From Minisyncoccota bacterium (lineage in GTDB: Bacteria; Patescibacteriota; Minisyncoccia; UBA6257; 2-01-FULL-56-20): a DNA stretch of 64,000 nt. The notes under the pieces are model-generated. The model saw only the letters and a list, made by a program, of their open reading frames with translations, ran no database searches and was not told where the DNA came from. This document shows positions 58,666 to 64,000 of this stretch, one piece after another (the first letter of the stretch is position 1; every line of letters starts with the position of its first letter). Both the position numbers and the translations under genes were made by a program. The stretch lies in the NCBI GenBank assembly GCA_035509435.1, contig DATJLR010000001.1, positions 58,732 through 122,731 on the forward strand, given 5' to 3'.

Positions 58666-59208
58666 ATGTCAGGACATTCGCACTGGGCGGGAATAAAGCA
58701 CAAAAAAGAGATCACCGACAAGAAGCGGGCGAAGATATTCTCCAAATCGCTCAAGCTTATATCGGCGGCGGCGCGCACGGAGCCGAACCCGGACTTCAAT
58801 CCGCGCTTGCGCACGGCGGTGGCGAAAGCGCGAGAGGCGGGCGTACCCGCTGACACGATCGATCGCGCGATCAAGCGCGCCGCCGATCCGGCGGAAAAAA
58901 TGGAGGAGCTCTTATTCGAAGCCTACGGCCCTGGCGGCGCGGCGATCCTCATTGAAGCGGTAAGTGATAACCGCAATCGCGCCGTGCAGGAGGTAAAAAC
59001 TGTTTTACGGGACCATAATGGCAAGTGGGCGGAGTCCGGAAGCGTACAATGGGCGTTCGAACGCGCGGGCGGACCGGGGAGCGAGTGGGATGCAAAATTT
59101 CCGCAAGATATTTCCGCCGAGGAAAAAGAAAAGCTCGCGGCCCTCCTTGAGGCGCTTGAGGACAATGACGACGTCCAGGGCGTTTACACCAATATTAATT
59201 TTAATTGA
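58666..59208 (+). CDS. yebC: YebC/PmpR family protein (short form)
   Basis: MSGHSHWAGIKHKK, EAYGPGG, DNRNRA, LEDNDDVQGVYTN. Confidence 0.95.
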   Translation: MSGHSHWAGIKHKKEITDKKRAKIFSKSLKLISAAARTEPNPDFNPRLRTAVAKAREAGVPADTIDRAIKRAADPAEKMEELLFEAYGPGGAAILIEAVSDNRNRAVQEVKTVLRDHNGKWAESGSVQWAFERAGGPGSEWDAKFPQDISAEEKEKLAALLEALEDNDDVQGVYTNINFN

Positions 59209-59213
59209 TTTTA

Positions 59214-59696
59214 ATGATCGCGCTTGGCATTGACCCGGGAACACGCAGGATAGGATACGGCGTCGTGGAGTGCAACGGTCCCGATACGATATTTTTGGAC
59301 GCAGGATTGCTCGTGATAAGCGCGGGCGACGACATAGCGGCGCTCGAAGAGGCAAAAAAGGGGCTGGACGCACTGATAAAAAAGCATAAACCGGATGTGG
59401 TGGCGATCGAAAAGCTCTTTTTCGCGAAGAACACCAAAACCGCGCTTGCGGTCGCCCAGGCCCGTGGCGTCATCATCCTCGCGACAAAAGAACGCGGCGT
59501 CCGCATTAAGGAGTACACGCCGAATGAAGTAAAGTCGGGGATCGCGGGGTATGGCCTTGCCGATAAAAAAGCGGTCCTTAAGATGGTGCGTCTCATTTTA
59601 CATAAGCCGGATCTCGCGGTGATCGACGATGCAAGTGATGCGCTGGCGCTTGCCATCTTATCCACAGGCGACCGTTTGCTTGACAGCGTGCGATGA
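59214..59696 (+). CDS. ruvC: Crossover junction endodeoxyribonuclease RuvC
   Basis: LGIDPG, IEKLFF, DDASDALA. Confidence 0.96.
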   Translation: MIALGIDPGTRRIGYGVVECNGPDTIFLDAGLLVISAGDDIAALEEAKKGLDALIKKHKPDVVAIEKLFFAKNTKTALAVAQARGVIILATKERGVRIKEYTPNEVKSGIAGYGLADKKAVLKMVRLILHKPDLAVIDDASDALALAILSTGDRLLDSVR

Positions 59697-59743
59697 TACA
59701 ATATACTGGTTGAAAAATAAAAGGTCGCTAATTATCGGTAACT

Positions 59744-59917
59744 ATGTTGACTGAATTATTCCCTTTACAGCTCGCCTTTCGCGGTTTGAGCGATGAGGAC
59801 GAAGAAGAGATTTCCATAGACAGCCCGGACCTCGATGAAGATGAGGACGAGGACGATGATGATCTTCTCGGGGGCGACGATGACGGGGCGGACGAAGCCG
59901 AGCCTCTGGAACAGTAA
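59744..59917 (+). CDS. Small, highly acidic protein (57 aa), not in the ORF track
   Basis: MLTELFPLQLAFRGLSDEDEEEISIDSPDLDEDEDEDDDDLLGGDDDGADEAEPLEQ; TTGACA..TACAAT promoter at the ruvC end and a hairpin terminator after. Confidence 0.65.
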   Translation: MLTELFPLQLAFRGLSDEDEEEISIDSPDLDEDEDEDDDDLLGGDDDGADEAEPLEQ

Positions 59918-60059
59918 ATAAAACAGGCGCTCTCTTTTGGCCGGGTCGCTAGGACGCCGAAGGCCAAACGAGAGTGCTTTTTTATTTATCGAAAGAAAAG
60001 GAAGCAGAGATACAAGAAAAAGTTAAAAAGGGGTAAAATTAAAGGCGTTCTCGCTTCTT

Positions 60060-62186
60060 ATGAAAAAACCGCTTGACCCAAAGCAAAAAAAGGCCCGCCG
60101 AACGAAGATCCTCCGGATAACGGGGATCGTCATCGCGTCCATCGTGATCGCTTTATGCGTATTCGTGCTTTACCTCGCAAAGACCGTCCCCTCCATCCAG
60201 GAGATCGGCAGCCAGCAGATCGGCCAATCCACGAAGATCTACGACCGCACAGGAACCGTCCTTTTGTATGATATAAACAACAATGGCCAGAGACGCACCC
60301 TTGTCTCGTTCGACCAGATACCGCAAAACCTTAAAGACGCAACGATCGCCATCGAAGACCAGAATTTCTACAACGAGCCGGCGTTCGACCTTAAGGGCAT
60401 CATCCGGGCGCTCTTCGTGGACATTGCCACCCACTCGTTCGCCGAGGGCGGTTCGACGCTTACCCAGCAGCTCGCACGCACCGCGTTTCTGACGCTCAAT
60501 CAGACGATCACCCGCAAGATCCGCGAATTCATCCTTGCGGTAAAGCTGAACGCATATTATTCAAAAGACCAGATACTGGCCCTCTATTTGAACGAGGTCC
60601 CGTACGGGCCGAATATTTCGGGCGTCGGCGAGGCATCCGAAGATTATTTCGGCGTGCCGGTACAGGACCTGAATCTGGCACAGGCAGCCGTGCTTGCGGC
60701 GCTCCCGCAGGCGCCCACGTACTATTCCCCGTGGGGCACGCACGTGAGCGAACTGCTGCAGCGGCAGCGGCTCGTGCTTCAGCAAATGTACAACACCGGC
60801 AAGATCACGCAGGCCCAGCTCGCCGACGCGGAGAACTTTCCGATCGTGTTCCAGCCGCAGTCGGAGAGCGGCTCGGGCATCCGCGCGCCGCACTTTGTGA
60901 TGGCAGTGGAAAACTATCTTGTCCAGAAATACGGCGAGAATGAAGTGGACAACGGCGGCCTTAAGGTGATCACGACGCTCAACTGGACGCTGCAGCAGCA
61001 AGCAGAACAAGCGGTGACGCAAGGGGTGGCGCGAAACACGCAGCTCTATGACGCCACGAACGGCGCGCTTGTCGCCCAAGATCCAACCACGGGGCAGATC
61101 CTTGCGCTCGTGGGATCGGCAAACTATTTTGATACCGCGAACGACGGCAATTTCGATGTAGCGCTCCAAGGCCTGCGCCAGCCGGGCTCATCGCTCAAAC
61201 CATTCATCTATCTGACCGCGTTCCAGATGGGCTATACCCCTGATACGATCCTCTTCGACACGCCGACGGAATTCAGCACGAACCCCTCATGCCCGTCCGT
61301 TCCCGACTTCAACTCCGTGAACACGAAGTGCTTCCATCCGCAGGACTTTGAGGGGACGTTCGCCGGGCCGCTCACCATCACCGACGCGCTCGCGCAGTCG
61401 GTCAACGTTCCGGCGGTGAAGATGCTCTATCTCGTCGGAGAACAGAACGCGATCCAGAACGCATACAACTTCGGCCTCACGACGCTCACCGACCCCTCAA
61501 GCTACGGCTTGTCGCTCGTGCTCGGTGGCGGAGCGGTAAAGCTTGTCGACCTCACCGAGGCATATTCCGTCCTTGCCGACCAAGGCGTAAAGCACGCGCA
61601 GACGATGATCCTCTCGGTGCAGGATGCGAACGGGAACACGCTTGAGTCATATCAGGACAAGACAAGCCAGGTCGCGGATGCGCAGTCCGTGAACCTCATA
61701 AATAACATCCTTTCCGACGCAGCCGCGCGCGCGCCCCTCATGGGTGCGAGCCAGAACCTCACCGTCTTCCCCGGCTACGACGTGGCGCTCAAGACCGGCA
61801 CATCCAACGACTATCGCGACGCATGGGCCATGGGCTATACGCCGTCGCTCGTCGTGGGCGTCTGGGCCGGCAACAACGACAACACCCCAATGCACGCGCA
61901 GGGGTCGAGCATTCTCGCGGCGGTGCCGATGTGGAATGCCTTCATGACGCAGGCGCTTCCGGAGGTGCCGAACGAGACATTCACCCCGCCGGCGCCGATA
62001 ACAGCCACAAAGCCGGTGCTTACCGGCCAATATGTCATAAACGGACAAGTGCACAGCATCCTCTATTACGTGGACAAGAGCGATCCGGAGGGCCCCGATC
62101 CTACAAATCCCTCAACGGATCCGCAATATAATAATTGGGAGATCGGCGTAGAGAATTGGGCGCGCTCAAACGGCTACGGAAGTTAG
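60060..62186 (+). CDS. Class A penicillin-binding protein (transglycosylase/transpeptidase)
   Basis: IEDQNFY, GGSTLTQQL, RQPGSSLKP, SVN, KTGT. Confidence 0.95.
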   Translation: MKKPLDPKQKKARRTKILRITGIVIASIVIALCVFVLYLAKTVPSIQEIGSQQIGQSTKIYDRTGTVLLYDINNNGQRRTLVSFDQIPQNLKDATIAIEDQNFYNEPAFDLKGIIRALFVDIATHSFAEGGSTLTQQLARTAFLTLNQTITRKIREFILAVKLNAYYSKDQILALYLNEVPYGPNISGVGEASEDYFGVPVQDLNLAQAAVLAALPQAPTYYSPWGTHVSELLQRQRLVLQQMYNTGKITQAQLADAENFPIVFQPQSESGSGIRAPHFVMAVENYLVQKYGENEVDNGGLKVITTLNWTLQQQAEQAVTQGVARNTQLYDATNGALVAQDPTTGQILALVGSANYFDTANDGNFDVALQGLRQPGSSLKPFIYLTAFQMGYTPDTILFDTPTEFSTNPSCPSVPDFNSVNTKCFHPQDFEGTFAGPLTITDALAQSVNVPAVKMLYLVGEQNAIQNAYNFGLTTLTDPSSYGLSLVLGGGAVKLVDLTEAYSVLADQGVKHAQTMILSVQDANGNTLESYQDKTSQVADAQSVNLINNILSDAAARAPLMGASQNLTVFPGYDVALKTGTSNDYRDAWAMGYTPSLVVGVWAGNNDNTPMHAQGSSILAAVPMWNAFMTQALPEVPNETFTPPAPITATKPVLTGQYVINGQVHSILYYVDKSDPEGPDPTNPSTDPQYNNWEIGVENWARSNGYGS

Positions 62187-63295
62187 GACTTTAGAATCGG
62201 CTTGAGCACATAAAAATACGAAGCGTCCCCCATCGCGCGGATGAGTGCCGGCCCGGCTTCTTCTTGGAGTCCCAGAAACACGTCGTCGGTCTTGATGCTC
62301 TTCATGGGATCGGAAAGATAACGCCAGTTGAAAAATATCTCAGGAATGTCCCCTTTGATCTTTGCTGGCAGGATATTGTTGTTCTCGCCAAGCGCCTGGT
62401 CGGCGGAGCTGATCTCGATCGCCTTCTTATTCTGGTGGATCTTCATCTTGACCTCGCTGTTCTTCTGGCCGAAGACGCCGGCGAGTTTGATCGCATTCGT
62501 AAACTCTTCGCGATCCACCACGATCTCCGCCGTGAACTCGTGCGGCACGATCGCGGAATAATCCGGGAAGCTCCCTTCCACAAGGCGCGATATCATCTCC
62601 GTCTGATCGGTCTTGAAAAGGACCTGATTCTCATCCTGGTAGATCCGCACCATCTCGTCGTCGCGCATGATCCGCGCCGCCTCGAGCGCGGTCCGGAGCG
62701 GGACAAGCATCCTGAACGGCTCTTTCTTTTTTGCAGAAAAAAGATTTCCGGGGATCGATCGTTCCGCGAGACGGAATCCGTCCGTTGATGCCAAAACAAG
62801 GCTTTCCAATGAAAAGTTGAATAAAACACTGTTCAGCTCCGGCCGGAGATCGGAATATTGCGAAGCTACAGTAACCTGCTGGATAGCCTCCCTAAGAAAG
62901 GCGCTTTTTATTTCAATATAGCTTTCCGTGTTTTTCACCCGAGGCGGCGTCGGGAAGTCATCTGCCGGCATGCCGTTCAGCACGGCGCTGTAATTATCGG
63001 TTGCGACCTCAAGAGAATTCTCTTTTTTTTCAAAATTAAGCCGGTCGCTTTGAATATTTCCAATAAGGCTGGAAAAAAGTGACAATGGAACCGTTATTTT
63101 CCCGTTTTCTATGACCTTGCCGGCCACGCGGTGGGTTATCGCAATTTCCAAATTGGTCGTAGTGAAAGTGATGGTATTATCCTCCGCATCAATAAGAATA
63201 TTTTTAAGTATGGGGAGGTTGGTATTTTCCCCCACCGCTTTCTCGACAGCGGCAACCGCACTCTTAATATTTTCCCTGATCGCGATGAATTTCAT
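62183..63295 (-). CDS. dnaN: DNA polymerase III beta clamp
   Basis: LPILKNIL, TNLEI, STDGFRL, RLVEGSFPDY. Confidence 0.97.
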   Translation of the reverse strand: MKFIAIRENIKSAVAAVEKAVGENTNLPILKNILIDAEDNTITFTTTNLEIAITHRVAGKVIENGKITVPLSLFSSLIGNIQSDRLNFEKKENSLEVATDNYSAVLNGMPADDFPTPPRVKNTESYIEIKSAFLREAIQQVTVASQYSDLRPELNSVLFNFSLESLVLASTDGFRLAERSIPGNLFSAKKKEPFRMLVPLRTALEAARIMRDDEMVRIYQDENQVLFKTDQTEMISRLVEGSFPDYSAIVPHEFTAEIVVDREEFTNAIKLAGVFGQKNSEVKMKIHQNKKAIEISSADQALGENNNILPAKIKGDIPEIFFNWRYLSDPMKSIKTDDVFLGLQEEAGPALIRAMGDASYFYVLKPILKS

Positions 63296-63429
63296 CTCTT
63301 AATTATAATTTATATTTAAATACTTTTTATAAGAGTTGTTATTAGTGATGGGTGTTTTTGTGGATAACACCGTCTTCATCCAATATTCATCTTATGTATT
63401 TTGTGTTGCTTGTGTGGATAAGGACTGGA
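63296..63429. promoter_or_regulatory. oriC: oriC candidate (dnaA-dnaN intergenic)
   Basis: Perfect DnaA boxes TGTGGATAA at 63359-63367 and 63413-63421; AT-rich stretch next to dnaN. Confidence 0.8.
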
Positions 63430-64000
63430 TCAACTCTTATAGATCATATCCTTTATTGTTAATATCTTTTGATTAAGTGCCGGATTTCTGTTGATCTCCT
63501 GGTTGATCTTTTCATACGAGTGGATGGCGGTGGTATGATCTCTCCCCAGCTTTTCACCAATATACGGATAGGAAAGCTCTGAGATATCCCGAAGAAGATA
63601 GATGGCTATCTGCCGCGGCTCCACCACTTCTTTGCGGCGGTTATGGCTTACGAGGTCCTCTACGGCGATATTGAAGAACTCCGCGACGGATTTGAGTATT
63701 TGAACGTCACTTACCCGCTTTGTGAGGTTCTGGGTGGCCTTTTCAATGATCTCCTCGGCCATCTTTATACTGATCTCGGCCTGCTTCCGCTCCTCGTAAA
63801 AAACGATCTTTTTAAGGACCCCTTCCAATTCCCTGATATTCTTGCGCAGGCGCTTGGCGATGAGGTCCACGACCGGATCGGGCAGGCGGCGGTTCATTTC
63901 CTGGAGCTTGCTGCGGATGATCGCCACCCGCATCTCGTATTCCGGATAGGAAACGTCGGCGATAAGGCCGCCCTCGAAGCGCGAGCGGAGGCGCTCCTCG
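63430..64000 (-). CDS. dnaA: Chromosomal replication initiator DnaA (C-terminal part)
   Basis: LRSRFEGG, NIRELEG, PRQIAIYL, GRDHTTAIH. Confidence 0.97.
   Translation of the reverse strand, partial: EERLRSRFEGGLIADVSYPEYEMRVAIIRSKLQEMNRRLPDPVVDLIAKRLRKNIRELEGVLKKIVFYEERKQAEISIKMAEEIIEKATQNLTKRVSDVQILKSVAEFFNIAVEDLVSHNRRKEVVEPRQIAIYLLRDISELSYPYIGEKLGRDHTTAIHSYEKINQEINRNPALNQKILTIKDMIYKS

Noticed and set aside
1-64000. CRISPR array, reverse transcriptase/DGR, or TGA recoding
   Set aside because: No spaced direct repeats or RT motifs were seen. Full-length genes end in TGA and show no internal TGA, consistent with code 11.

Overview
Chromosomal segment of a Patescibacteria/CPR (Parcubacteria-like) bacterium, read in genetic code 11. 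It runs from ileS/argS/smpB to the dnaA-oriC-dnaN origin region. Core genes include ileS (partial), argS, smpB, infC, rpmI, rplT, polX, a family-4 uracil-DNA glycosylase, ruvB, ruvC, yebC, a PilB/GspE ATPase, a class A PBP, dnaN and dnaA (partial). Between about 20 and 36.3 kb is an accessory region of two tandem large-serine-recombinase elements integrated at the 3' end of tmRNA (ssrA, 36257-36574, minus strand). The most striking signal is that each element carries its own copy of a ~160-190 nt structured RNA (about 25038-25230 and 31811-32004). The two copies share a sigma70-type promoter, a 5' motif, a tetraloop-receptor hairpin and GAAA/GCAA tetraloop hairpins, and their two long crossing helices differ in sequence but remain fully complementary. 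I do not recognise this RNA class. Other notable items are a histidine-phosphatase domain and AIHH motif in IleRS, a three-gene GHKL-ATPase operon, two further promoter-driven structured RNAs, a homopolymer frameshift in an M49 peptidase and pervasive leaderless gene starts. All calls were made by eye; no database searches were run.
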